Of a stretch of 64,000 bases of DNA, positions 9,222 to 18,764 are shown piece after piece. The stretch is from Acidimicrobiia bacterium (GTDB lineage Bacteria > Actinomycetota > Acidimicrobiia > Acidimicrobiales > VFJN01): NCBI GenBank assembly GCA_047459075.1, contig VSCH01000013.1, positions 3,874 to 67,873 of the forward strand, written 5' to 3'. Position 1 is the first letter of the stretch. Each line of letters starts with the position of its first letter. A program made the translations under genes and the position numbers. The notes beneath the pieces were generated by a model. The model searched no databases, was not told the origin of the DNA, and saw only the letters and a program-made list of their open reading frames with translations.

Positions 9222-10358
9222 TCAGCGGGAGGCGCCGGCGGCGGCCACCTCGTCCAGGAGGGCGTCGTAGCGGGGCGCCACCTCGGGCCAGGCCAGCCGG
9301 CGCACGTGGTCGCGGGCGGCCGCCGCCGCCCGCCGGCGCCCGTCGTGGTCGGTCAGCGCCCAGCACAGGCGCTCGACCAGCTCGTCGAGGTCCCGGTAGA
9401 GGTAGGGCGAGGGCGACGGCACGAGCTCCGGGTAGGCCAGGCGGTCGGGCAGCAGGGGCAGGGCCCCGGCGCTGACCGCCTCGGCGACCGCCAGGCCGAA
9501 GAACTCGTGCCGGGCGGTGCTGACCACCACGTCGGCCCCGGCGAGCAGCGCCGGGTAGCCGTCCTCGGCGGCGGTGCCGAAGTGGACGACCCGGTGCCCC
9601 AGCCGGTCGCGGGCCCGGGCGAACGCCTCGGGCACGGTCGGCGGGGCGTGCCCGGCGATCGCCACCGCGAGCTCGACGCCGCGGGCGACGACCCGGTCGA
9701 GCGCGGCGAAGAAGGCCTCGGGGTCCTTGTCGTACTCCCAGCGGTGGTTCCAGAGCACGACCGGCGGCCGGTGCTCGGTCCGGGGCCGGTCGAAGCGGTC
9801 GACGTCGACCCCGACCGGCAGCACGGTCGTGGCGGCGGCCACCCGGTCGACCTCGGCCGTGTGGCGGTGGTCGGGGAACCGGCGCAGGAAGCCCGGCAGC
9901 GCCGCCAGCAGCTCGCGGCGGTGGTGCTCGGAGTTGAAGACCACCCGGTCCGCCGCCGCCATGCTCAGCCAGTTGACCATGGCGTAGGTGAGGTCGGGCG
10001 CCGTCCGTGGCGGCACCGGGTAGGTCAGCTGGTTCTCGTGCATGTAGACCACGACCGGCATGCCGGCCAGGGACCGGCGGGCCAGCCCCAGCAGCGCCGG
10101 CACGTGCACCATGTCGCTGACCAGCAGGACGTCCGGCCGCCCCCAGCCCGCGACCACCCGGTCGACCTCGGCGGCCAGGGTCAGCGCCGCCCCCTGCATC
10201 CGCCACCGCCAGAACGCGCCCCGGTGGGTCACCAGGCGCACGTCGTGGCGGCTGTGGCGGGCGAGGCCCTCGGCCCAGGCCCGGTGCGAGCCGCTGCAGT
10301 AGGGCTCGCACACCAGGACCCGCCGCCGGCCGCCGGGCTGCGGGGCGGGTGGGGTCAC
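9222..10358 (-). CDS. DUF3524/GTDC1 (QTMAN-like) GT4 glycosyltransferase
   Basis: EPY..GSH..W, FWRWRM, YMHENQLTYP, ADRVVFNS, WNHRWEYDKDPE, STARHEFFG, PDRLAYPE. Confidence 0.88.
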   Translation of the reverse strand: MTPPAPQPGGRRRVLVCEPYCSGSHRAWAEGLARHSRHDVRLVTHRGAFWRWRMQGAALTLAAEVDRVVAGWGRPDVLLVSDMVHVPALLGLARRSLAGMPVVVYMHENQLTYPVPPRTAPDLTYAMVNWLSMAAADRVVFNSEHHRRELLAALPGFLRRFPDHRHTAEVDRVAAATTVLPVGVDVDRFDRPRTEHRPPVVLWNHRWEYDKDPEAFFAALDRVVARGVELAVAIAGHAPPTVPEAFARARDRLGHRVVHFGTAAEDGYPALLAGADVVVSTARHEFFGLAVAEAVSAGALPLLPDRLAYPELVPSPSPYLYRDLDELVERLCWALTDHDGRRRAAAAARDHVRRLAWPEVAPRYDALLDEVAAAGASR

Positions 10359-10380
10359 GGCCGGCGCCGCCGGGCGGTGG

Positions 10381-10860
10381 TCAGCCGTACACGAGGCGGG
10401 TGATCCAGTCGGCCACCAGCGCCGGCTTCTCCTCGCCCTCGATCTCGACGGTCACCGTGCGGGTGACGTTGAGGGTGTTGGGGTCCTTGAGCTCGACCGA
10501 CTTCAGCGTGCTCGAGGCCCGGATGCGGGAGCCCGTCTTCACCGGGTTGATGAACCGCACCTTGTCGAACCCGTAGTTGATGCCCATGACGACGCCCTGG
10601 AGCCGGCTCATGTCCTGGGGGATCGAGCCGACGAGGTGGGTGAGCATCGACAGGGTCAGGAAGCCGTGGGCGATCGTCGTGCCCCAGGGCGACAGCTTGG
10701 CGGCCTGCTCGGGGTCGACGTGGATGAACTGGTGGTCGTGGGTGACGTCCGCGAAGGCGTTGATCTGGTCCTGGGTGACCTGGAACCAGTCGCCGGTGCC
10801 CTCGGGCTGACCGACGGCCTTCTCGAACAGGGCGTAGGCGTTCTCTGCGGCAGTGGCCAT
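10381..10860 (-). CDS. MaoC family dehydratase
   Basis: FADVTHDHQFIHVD, TIAHGFLTLS, NYGFDKVRF. Confidence 0.93.
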   Translation of the reverse strand: MATAAENAYALFEKAVGQPEGTGDWFQVTQDQINAFADVTHDHQFIHVDPEQAAKLSPWGTTIAHGFLTLSMLTHLVGSIPQDMSRLQGVVMGINYGFDKVRFINPVKTGSRIRASSTLKSVELKDPNTLNVTRTVTVEIEGEEKPALVADWITRLVYG

Positions 10861-10909
10861 GCCCCGACGCTACTGCCGGCCCCGGGCCCGGGGCGACGCC
10901 GGGCGAGGG

Positions 10910-11866
10910 TCAGCCGCGGCGGCGGGCACGGCGCCGGCCCTCGTGCATCGCCTGCACCCGCGGCACCGGCAGCGCCCGGCCCTCCTCGACGAGGTCGGCG
11001 GGCAGCGGCTGGGGTCGGGGCATCAGCTCGGCCCACGGGTCGCGGTCGCCCAGCGCGTCGGGGACGGTGTGGATCGTGAGCTCACCCGGCGACACCGACC
11101 CGAGCTCGCCCCAGGGCACCGGGAAGGAGACCGGCGTGCCCGGTCGCACCCGGGGGCTGTAGGCGGCGACGACCGTGGCGCTGCCGACCCGGGTCGGGTC
11201 GACGAACACCTTGCCCTCCCGGTCGTCCTTGATGAAGGCCGTCGTGGCGACGTCGGGGTCGAGCCGGGCGGCCCGGTCGGCGATCGCCCGGGTGGCCGCG
11301 GCCGCCTCCTCGAGCCCGACGCTCGCGTCCACCGGCACGAAGACGTGGACGCCCTTGGCGCCGCTGGTCTTGACCGCGCCCTCGAGGCCGAGGTCGTCGA
11401 GCACGGCCCGCACCAGCAGCGCGCCCTGCACGGCGGCCCGGAAGTCCCCGCCCTCCGGTGGGTCGAGGTCGAGCACGAGGTGGGTGGGCCGCTCGGGGTG
11501 GTCGGCGGTGACCAGGGTCGGGTGGTACTCGACGGCCCGCTGGTTGGCGAACCACAGCAGCGTCCGCCGGTCGTCGCACAGCGCGTAGGACACCTGCCGC
11601 TTGGAGGACTCGGCCCAGAAGGTCACCGTGCGCACCCAGTCCGGCGCGTGCTTGGGGACGTTCTTCTGCATGAACGCCTCCTGCCCCCGGTGGACCCGGA
11701 TCACCGAGAGGGGGCGGCCGCGCAGCACGGGCAGGATGCGGTCGCGCACGGCGTCGAGGTAGTCGACCAGGTCGCGCTTGGTGGCCTCGGCGCCGTCGAA
11801 CAGGGGCTCGTCGAGGTTGGTGAACCGGACCCCGGCGCGCGACTCGCCCTCGCTGCTGGCGGGCAC
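10910..11866 (-). CDS. Stand-alone LigD-type primase-polymerase (Prim-PolC/PolD-like)
   Basis: TKRDLVDY, FMQKN, LVLDLDPP, KTSGAKGVHV, KVFVD, AAYSPR. Confidence 0.88.
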   Translation of the reverse strand: MPASSEGESRAGVRFTNLDEPLFDGAEATKRDLVDYLDAVRDRILPVLRGRPLSVIRVHRGQEAFMQKNVPKHAPDWVRTVTFWAESSKRQVSYALCDDRRTLLWFANQRAVEYHPTLVTADHPERPTHLVLDLDPPEGGDFRAAVQGALLVRAVLDDLGLEGAVKTSGAKGVHVFVPVDASVGLEEAAAATRAIADRAARLDPDVATTAFIKDDREGKVFVDPTRVGSATVVAAYSPRVRPGTPVSFPVPWGELGSVSPGELTIHTVPDALGDRDPWAELMPRPQPLPADLVEEGRALPVPRVQAMHEGRRRARRRG

Positions 11867-11910
11867 CCCCCAACCGTACCGGCCGCCGGCGCGGGCCGCG
11901 GGGCGGCCGG

Positions 11911-14583
11911 TCAGGCGCCGCCCTCGAGCTCGGCGGCCAGCTCGGCCCGCCCGGAGATGCCGAGCTTCTCGTACACCCGCTGGAGCCGGTTCTCGACGGT
12001 GCGGGTGGACAGCACGAGCTGGGCGGCGATCTCCTTGTTGGTCCGGCCGGCGGCGGCCAGCACGGCGGTCTCCCGCTCGGCGGGGGTCAGGCGGGCCCGG
12101 GTCTCCGCCGCCTGGAGGGCCGGCGTCACCGGGCTCTCGCAGCGCTCGGCCAGGTCGCCGGACCGCCGCTCGGCGGCGGCCGCGGCCCGCTGGTCGCCGG
12201 CCCGGCGCAGGACCACGGCGCGGTCGGCGGCGGCCTCGGCCGCCAGCAGGTCGGCGCCCATGGCCTCGAAGCGGCGGGACACGGCGTCGAGCCCGCCGGC
12301 GTCGCCCGCGGCCAGGGCCCGGGCGTGCTCGGCCCGCGCCGGGGCGAGGTCGCCGTCGATGCGGGCGGCGACCGCCGCCAGCCGGTCGGCGACGTCGGCC
12401 GCCCGTCCCAGGCGGGCGAGCCCGTGGAGCGCCGCCGCCGCCCCGACCAGGTCGCCGATACGCTCGCCGACGTCGGCCGCCTCGGCCAGGTGCCGGGTCG
12501 CCGTGGGCAGGTCGCCGCCGGCGGCCGCCACCCAGGCCCGGGCCTGGAGGGCGTCGACGGCGTCGCGCACGGGCCGGGGCAGGTCGGGCGCGTCGGCGGC
12601 CTCCAGCTCGTGGGCGGCGGCGTCGGCCTGCCCGGACAGCGCCAGCGCCAGCGCGCTCACCAGGTGGTTGCGACGGGCGAGGGCGGGCCGGTCGAGCCGC
12701 TGGTTCACGGCCAGCGCCTCGCGGGCCCGGCGCACGGCGGTGGCGACCCGGCCGCGGTCGGCGACCCGGTCGGCCTGCAGCGCCGCGAACAGCGCCTGGG
12801 CCTCGGCCGACCCCTCGGCGAGCGCCTGGGCGTGGTGGTCGTCCACCAGCCGGTCGGCCTCGGCGAACCGGCCCGCGTGCTGCAGCGCCAGGCACTCGGT
12901 CACCGTGTGCCACCAGGGGTTCCACGCCAGCGGCGAGTCGATGCCCTCCCGGGCCTCGCGGCCCCGCTCCGACATCTCGACGGCGGCGTCGAGGTGCCCG
13001 AGGCGGGCCAGGGCGAGGGCGCCGACCAGGCAGGCGACGACCAGCGCCTCGCCCCGGGACCGGTCGGCCAGGGCCTGCGCGGCCTCGGCCGCGGCCCGCG
13101 GCCCGTGCCGGTCGAGGAGCGCCCACAGGCGCCGGGCCTCGAGCTGGTCGATCACGTCGGGGTCGCCCACCCGCCGGAGGGCGTCGTCGAGCAGGTCGAC
13201 CCGGTCGCAGCCCGACCAGGTGGCCAGGTTGTCGAACCGGGCCACGGCCACCATCCCGCGCTGGCGGTCGTCGCGGCACCGGCCGGCCAGCTCGGCCAGG
13301 GCGGCCTCGGCCTCCTCGCGCCGGCCCTGCAGGCTGGTCACGTGGGCGGCGAGCAGCTGGGCGTCGAACCCGGCGCCGGCCTCGCCGGCCGCCCGGGCCA
13401 GGCGCTCGGCGAGGGGGAAGTCGTAGCGCCAGCGGGCGATCGTCGCCCCCTCGAGGAGCAGGCGGGGGTCGCCGCCCCCGGCCGTGAGCCGCCACGCCGC
13501 GATCCGCAGCACGTCGTCGTGCCGTCGCGGCGGGGCCTGCTCGATCACGCCGGCCAGCGACTCGGCGATGGCGCGGGCCCGCAGGGCCGGCGTGCGGGCG
13601 CGCACGACGTCGCCGTAGACGGGGTGGGCGAGCGAGACCTGCAGGCGCCGGCCGTCGAGCCGGGTGGTGAGCAGGCCGCGCCGCTCGAGGGCCTCGGCGA
13701 CCCTCCGGTCGGAGAGGGCGTCGAGCTCGGCCTGGCCGAGGGGCTCGCCGTGCGAGACGAGCTCCATGAGGGCCCGCTCCTCGTCGGTGAGCCGGCCGAG
13801 CCGGCCCTCGACGATCTCGACGAGCCGGTCGGAGGGGGACAGGTCGCCGACGAGCCGCCACAGGACGCCGTCGTCGACGAGCGTGCCGTCGTCGAGGGCG
13901 CCCAGGACGAGCTCCCGGAGGAAGAGGGCGTTGCCCTGGCAGCGGTCGACGAGCTGGCGGGCGGTCGCCGGGTCGACCGGGCCGCCGAGCACGGTGGTCA
14001 GCAGCTCCTCGGTGGCGCCGTGGTCGAGGCCGCCCAGCTCGATGCGGGGTGCGAGCCCGTCCTTCCACAGCGCCACGATCGGGTCGGGCGCCGGCTCCCC
14101 GGTACGCACGGTGGCGAGCACGGTGACCGAGCCGGCGACGGCGACCTGGTGGAGGAGGGTGGCCGACGCGTCGTCGAGCAGGTGGGCGTCGTCCACCAGC
14201 AGCACGAGGCGGCCGCCGTCGGGGCGGTCGGCCAGCGCGGCGACCGACCGGCGCAGGACGTCGGCCCGGTCGTCGACCGCGCCGGGGCGGCGCGAGGTCG
14301 CGTGCAGCAGCGGCGCGAGCGCGCCGAAGGGGATGTGCGAGGCCGCGTGCGTCGCGACCGCCCGCGCCGTGGCCATGCCGGAGGCGGCGGCCATGGCCAG
14401 GCACTCCCGGGCGAGGCGGGTCTTGCCGACGCCGAGCGGCCCGGCCAGGACGATGGCGCCCGGCGGCCCGTCCTCGAGCAGGTCGCGCAGGGCCTGCAGC
14501 TCGCGGGCGCGGCCGACCAGGGGCCAGTCCGGCGGGGAGGTGGTCCCGTCCGGGCGCGTCGAAGGGAGGAGGGTCGTCGTCAT
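11911..14583 (-). CDS. Large ATP-binding LuxR-family regulator (AAA + HTH LuxR)
   Basis: GPLGVGKT Walker A, LLVDDAHLLD Walker B, GNALFL, C-terminal LTPAERE...TNKEIA..L..STRTVENRL. Confidence 0.92.
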   Translation of the reverse strand: MTTTLLPSTRPDGTTSPPDWPLVGRARELQALRDLLEDGPPGAIVLAGPLGVGKTRLARECLAMAAASGMATARAVATHAASHIPFGALAPLLHATSRRPGAVDDRADVLRRSVAALADRPDGGRLVLLVDDAHLLDDASATLLHQVAVAGSVTVLATVRTGEPAPDPIVALWKDGLAPRIELGGLDHGATEELLTTVLGGPVDPATARQLVDRCQGNALFLRELVLGALDDGTLVDDGVLWRLVGDLSPSDRLVEIVEGRLGRLTDEERALMELVSHGEPLGQAELDALSDRRVAEALERRGLLTTRLDGRRLQVSLAHPVYGDVVRARTPALRARAIAESLAGVIEQAPPRRHDDVLRIAAWRLTAGGGDPRLLLEGATIARWRYDFPLAERLARAAGEAGAGFDAQLLAAHVTSLQGRREEAEAALAELAGRCRDDRQRGMVAVARFDNLATWSGCDRVDLLDDALRRVGDPDVIDQLEARRLWALLDRHGPRAAAEAAQALADRSRGEALVVACLVGALALARLGHLDAAVEMSERGREAREGIDSPLAWNPWWHTVTECLALQHAGRFAEADRLVDDHHAQALAEGSAEAQALFAALQADRVADRGRVATAVRRAREALAVNQRLDRPALARRNHLVSALALALSGQADAAAHELEAADAPDLPRPVRDAVDALQARAWVAAAGGDLPTATRHLAEAADVGERIGDLVGAAAALHGLARLGRAADVADRLAAVAARIDGDLAPARAEHARALAAGDAGGLDAVSRRFEAMGADLLAAEAAADRAVVLRRAGDQRAAAAAERRSGDLAERCESPVTPALQAAETRARLTPAERETAVLAAAGRTNKEIAAQLVLSTRTVENRLQRVYEKLGISGRAELAAELEGGA

Positions 14584-14888
14584 GGGCGGGGTGCGGTGCC
14601 GTCGGCGGTCACGTGGATCGCTTGGCAAACCGGGCAAAGTCTATTGCGTTTGCGTGACATCTGTTGCGATGTGGTGTCGTCACCGCGCACGGGAGTAGTC
14701 ACCACTCCTGACCGGGCGGGGGGTCGTCGGGTCACCTGGACGGGCAAGTACCTGCCTGGGAGCCGTCGTGGCGCGCCGTCCTGCGCCACCGGCGGCATGG
14801 GGTCGCTGGGGGCTGGGGTTCTCCTTCGACGGGGGCGCGCTCCTCGGTGACCCACCCGGGCTCCGCCGCACCACAGACAAGGAGCGCC

Positions 14889-15506
14889 ATGCGCATGTCA
14901 CCTCTCAAGCGGATCGCCACCGCGTCCGCGGTCGCCGCAGCCGGGGTGATCGGCTTCGGCACCGCCGCTGGGGCACACACGCCGAACATCCACGTCGTCC
15001 AGCCCGGGGAGACGCTCTCCCAGATCGCCCCGGACAACTGGGCCGAGGTGGCGGCCGGCAACGGCATCGAGAACCCGCACCTCATCTTCCCGGGCCAGGA
15101 GATCGACCTGAACAAGCTGGGGACGCCGGGCGAGATCCCCGAGTGGCAGCCGGCGGCGCCGTCCTCCTCGTCGCGCCAGAGCGACGACGACGGCGGCGAG
15201 CGCAGCTCGTCCTCGGGCAGCAGCGGGTCGTCCCAGGCCGCGCCCGTGGCCCAGCCGAGCTCGGGCGGCGGCACCGTCTGGGACCGCCTCGCCCAGTGCG
15301 AGTCCGGCGGCAACTGGTCGATCGACACCGGCAACGGCTACCGGGGCGGTCTGCAGTTCTCCCAGAGCACCTGGGAGGCGTACGGCGGCACCGGCAACCC
15401 GGCCAACGCCTCGCGCGAGGAGCAGATCCGGGTCGCCGAGCGGGTCCTGGCCGGGCAGGGCTGGGGTGCCTGGCCGGCCTGCTCGCGGCAGCTCGGCCTG
15501 CGCTGA
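14889..15506 (+). CDS. rpf: LysM + resuscitation-promoting factor (transglycosylase) protein
   Basis: Signal peptide, LysM ([13 protein letters not shown]...[13 protein letters not shown]), [24 protein letters not shown]...QGWGAWPAC; AAGGAG RBS. Confidence 0.95.
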   Translation: MRMSPLKRIATASAVAAAGVIGFGTAAGAHTPNIHVVQPGETLSQIAPDNWAEVAAGNGIENPHLIFPGQEIDLNKLGTPGEIPEWQPAAPSSSSRQSDDDGGERSSSSGSSGSSQAAPVAQPSSGGGTVWDRLAQCESGGNWSIDTGNGYRGGLQFSQSTWEAYGGTGNPANASREEQIRVAERVLAGQGWGAWPACSRQLGLR

Positions 15507-15540
15507 CCGGCGGACCCGACCGCACGTACCGCACGTGACA

Positions 15541-15566
15541 CGGCGGGGGCCTGCGGGCCCCCGCCG
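15541..15566 (+). terminator. GC-rich hairpin terminator after rpf
   Basis: CGGCGGGGGCC-TGCG-GGCCCCCGCCG perfect 11-bp stem. Confidence 0.7.
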
Positions 15567-15844
15567 TTCGCGCGCGTCGGGGCGCCGGCGGCACCTCCGG
15601 GTGCGGACGCGGCACGGCCGGCCGACAACCGGGGAGCGTTCCCGGCCGGCCGAAGGCGCGACTCGACGGGTGCCTCGGGTCCTGCCCGGATGGGGCACCG
15701 CCGGCACGGCAACACCTTCCCGGCCGGTCGCCCGGCCAAACCCGGATCGCGTCGGCGACCGCCGCCTCCGCCGCCCCGGCGGACCGTCCCGCTCGAGGCC
15801 CGTGACGTGGTTCAATGGCACCGAGCGTGGCGGGAGGTGGCGCC

Positions 15845-16771
15845 ATGACCCAGGGCCCCGAGACGGCGCCCGGCCCGGTGGCGGAGCCGTCGGGCGGCGC
15901 GGCCCCCGACCGGTTCTACGACGCCGAGACCGGCGGACCGCTGCAGCTCCAGCTCGAGCAGGACGGCGACAGCTTCCGGGTCCTCCGGCGGTTCGGCTAC
16001 CGCGACCCGGCCCACCGGGAGCCGTTCGTCGTGCCGGCCGACCCCGGGCGCTTCCGCACCGACCTGGCGTCGATCCCCTGGATGTTCGCCTGGCTGGTGC
16101 CCGGGCTCGGCAGCCACCTGGCGGCCGTCATCCTCCACGACGCCCTCGTCCGCTCGGGCGGCCCGCCCGACCACGAGGGGCCGGACGTCGACCGGGAGGA
16201 GGCCGACCGCATCCTCCGCGACGCGATGGCGTCGCTCGGGACGCCCCGCCTGCGGCGGTGGCTGATGTGGGCCGGCGTCATGCTCGCGACCTGCTGGAGC
16301 GCGCTGGCACCCCGCTGGTGGTGGCGCACGCTCGTCGCCGGGACGCTCGGCGTCGTCGGCGCGCTGGGCGTGCTCGCCACCCTGGACGTCCTCGACGTGG
16401 TCGACGTGCTGCCCTGGATGGGCGACCGCCCCTGGTGGGTCGAGGTCCTCGGCGGTGCCGCCGGGGCCGTCGCGATCCCGGCGGCGCTCGCCGTGCTCTG
16501 GGGGCGGCGCTGGCGCGTGGCGCTGATCGCCGGGGTGGCCCTGGCCTTCCTGCTCCACGTGACCGCCGCGGTGCTGGCCGTCTACGGCGTCTACCGGGTG
16601 GCCGAGACGGTCGTGTCGCGGCCGGAGGGCATGGGTCCCGACGTGGCCGAGAACCTCGAGCGGGCCGGCGAGGCGGTCGACGGGGCGGCTGCGGCGCCCG
16701 ATGCCGGCCCGGTCGCCGCCGGGCGCATCGCCCGGGTGGGCGGCTCGCCGCCGGGCCGCGACCGGCCCTAG
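15845..16771 (+). CDS. DUF1353-domain membrane protein
   Basis: FVVP...FRTDLASIP, AVILHDAL, REEADRILRDAM; C-terminal TM helices. Confidence 0.85.
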   Translation: MTQGPETAPGPVAEPSGGAAPDRFYDAETGGPLQLQLEQDGDSFRVLRRFGYRDPAHREPFVVPADPGRFRTDLASIPWMFAWLVPGLGSHLAAVILHDALVRSGGPPDHEGPDVDREEADRILRDAMASLGTPRLRRWLMWAGVMLATCWSALAPRWWWRTLVAGTLGVVGALGVLATLDVLDVVDVLPWMGDRPWWVEVLGGAAGAVAIPAALAVLWGRRWRVALIAGVALAFLLHVTAAVLAVYGVYRVAETVVSRPEGMGPDVAENLERAGEAVDGAAAAPDAGPVAAGRIARVGGSPPGRDRP

Positions 16772-16962
16772 CGACGACGGCATCCCACCGGCCGAGGGCC
16801 CTCGACGCCGGCGCACCCCGGGCGTTCACCGAGGTCGTGGAGACGGATCGACGCACCGACGGCACGCCGGCCGGCCAGCTCGCCGCCTCCGCCCGCGGGT
16901 GACGGTGCCCCGGGGGCGGCCCCCGCCCCACGGCGACCGGGGCCGGTGCGCACCACGTCGCC

Positions 16963-17865
16963 TCAGGGCGACAGCACCTCCAGCTCGGCCCGGGCCTCGG
17001 CGAGGGCCCGAGCGGCCTCGTCCCGGGCGGCGGCGCGCGCCGCGGCCGCGTCCCGGGCCCGGCGGGCCGCGTCCCGGGCCTCGTCGGCCCGGCGGCGGGC
17101 GTCCGCCGCCTCGGCCTCGGCCGCCCGGGCGGCCTCCTCGGCGGCCGCGGCGTCGGCGGCCGCGGCGTGGGCCGCCTCCTCGGCGGCGGTGACGGCCTCC
17201 TCGGCGGCGTCGACCGCCTGCGCCGCCGCGGCCACGGCGGCCGGATCGGGCCCGGCGGGCGCGTCGGGCCCGCCCTCGCCCGTGCGCCGGCGCCGGCCGG
17301 CCGGGCGCCGCCGGCCCCGCCCGCCGGTCGCCCGCCCGCGCCCCGCGGCCGGCGCGGCGACCGGCGCCAGGCCCGGGTCCGGGAGCGCCTCGGCGTCCAC
17401 CAGCCGGACGGCGAGGAGGTCGGCCAGCGCCTCGGGGTTGCCGACGACCGCCCGGAGGGCGGCACCGACAGCCGTGCGGTCCACCGGCCGGCCGTGGCCG
17501 GCGGCGGCCTCCACGGCCGCGGCCACGAGGTCCTGCTCGGCCCGGCGCAGCTCGTCGAGGGCGCCCCGCAGGTCGCCCGCGCCGCCCTGGGCCTCGACGA
17601 CGCCGTCGACGGCGGCCCGGAGGCGGTCGAGCGCCCCGGGGTCGGCGTGGGCGCCGGCGTCCAGCGCCCAGGCCACCGCCCGGGGCTTGCGCAGCGCCTT
17701 CACCGCGGCGGCCCCCTCCCGGTCGCCGGCGGCGCGCAGCTCGCGGGCCAGGGCGTCCCGCCGGGTGACGAACGAGGGGAGCGGGCCGCCGTACAGCTCG
17801 GCCACCCGGGCGTCGAGGTCCGGCGGGGCCTTGGTCGGGGTGGCGCGCCGGCGAGCCATCGGCAC
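16963..17865 (-). CDS. Conserved actinobacterial hypothetical protein with Ala-rich coiled-coil tail
   Basis: ELYG.P...FV..RDALARELRAAGDRE.AAAVKALRKP..VAWA N-terminal pattern. Confidence 0.75.
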   Translation of the reverse strand: MPMARRRATPTKAPPDLDARVAELYGGPLPSFVTRRDALARELRAAGDREGAAAVKALRKPRAVAWALDAGAHADPGALDRLRAAVDGVVEAQGGAGDLRGALDELRRAEQDLVAAAVEAAAGHGRPVDRTAVGAALRAVVGNPEALADLLAVRLVDAEALPDPGLAPVAAPAAGRGRATGGRGRRRPAGRRRRTGEGGPDAPAGPDPAAVAAAAQAVDAAEEAVTAAEEAAHAAAADAAAAEEAARAAEAEAADARRRADEARDAARRARDAAAARAAARDEAARALAEARAELEVLSP

Positions 17866-17917
17866 CAGCTTGCCAGGGCTCGCCCCGCCGGGCGCCGGTC
17901 GCGCCGCCCACCGGCGG

Positions 17918-18520
17918 TCAGCGGCCGGCCCGGTCGCGGGGCCGGGGCGCCGGAGCGGGACGGGTGTCGCCGGTCGGGCGCGGCGCCGGCGTCGGGGGGC
18001 GGGCTCGGCGCCCGCCGACCAGCAGCAGGCCGCCGACGAGGAGGCCCAGCCCGAGCGCGACGGCGGCGTAGACGGCGAGGGGCGGGCCGCCCTCGGGCTC
18101 GGAGGTCCCGGTCAGGGGCGGCAGGGCGGTCGCCGGCAGCTCGACCGGCCAGGTCGCGGCCCGGCAGGACGCCGGTGCCCGGGTCGTCGTGCGGATCTCG
18201 ACCTCGACGGCGGCCGTCCCCCCGGCCGGGACCTGGGCGCGCCGGGCGGGGGCGACGTGGGCCACGAGGGCCGACGGGCAGCGCGCGCCGGCGGCCCGGA
18301 CGACCGCGGCCTCGGCCCGCAGCTGGACGGGGACGGGCAGCGGGTTCGTCACCCGTGCCGCCTGCGTCGCCTCCTCCTCCCCGGGGCCGGGGCCGGTGAC
18401 GACGGCGTCGACGGTGACGTCACGGCGCGCGCGGTCGGTGTCGGGCGCCTGCAGGTCGGCGCCGACGAAGGCGACCGTCCACAGGAGGATGGCGATGGTG
18501 ACCCGGACGACCGCGGTCAC
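17918..18520 (-). CDS. Hypothetical secreted protein with C-terminal TM anchor (possible sortase substrate)
   Basis: N-terminal hydrophobic stretch, 2 Cys, LPPLTG then TM and RR; start uncertain. Confidence 0.55.
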   Translation of the reverse strand: MTAVVRVTIAILLWTVAFVGADLQAPDTDRARRDVTVDAVVTGPGPGEEEATQAARVTNPLPVPVQLRAEAAVVRAAGARCPSALVAHVAPARRAQVPAGGTAAVEVEIRTTTRAPASCRAATWPVELPATALPPLTGTSEPEGGPPLAVYAAVALGLGLLVGGLLLVGGRRARPPTPAPRPTGDTRPAPAPRPRDRAGR

Positions 18521-18693
18521 GGGGTCACCCGGTGGTGTGTCGTCGACATGGTGGCTCCGAACCGGACGACGTGCCCGGAAGGTGCCCGCCACCACCGACG
18601 AGGCTATCGGCCGGACGCTCCTCGTGGCGACCCCCGCACCTCGTGTAGCAGCTCGCGGGCGCGGGACCGGCGCCTCGCCGGTCCCGCTCCGCC

Positions 18694-18719
18694 GTTTGGC
18701 CACGGCGGGTGGCGGGCAT
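18694..18719 (+). promoter_or_regulatory. Putative SigF/SigB-type promoter (GTTT-N16-GGGCAT)
   Basis: Close match to SigF/SigB consensus upstream of Zn-ADH. Confidence 0.55.
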
Positions 18720-18764
18720 GCCTGGCCTGCCGGGTCCCGCCGGCCCCCGACCCGAGGAGGCACC

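Noticed and set aside
14690-14888. Canonical ydaO/c-di-AMP riboswitch upstream of rpf
   Set aside because: The expected conserved segments (GCCGAAUCC, GGGGUGAAU, CAGCUAAC) are not visible; retained only as an unknown structured leader
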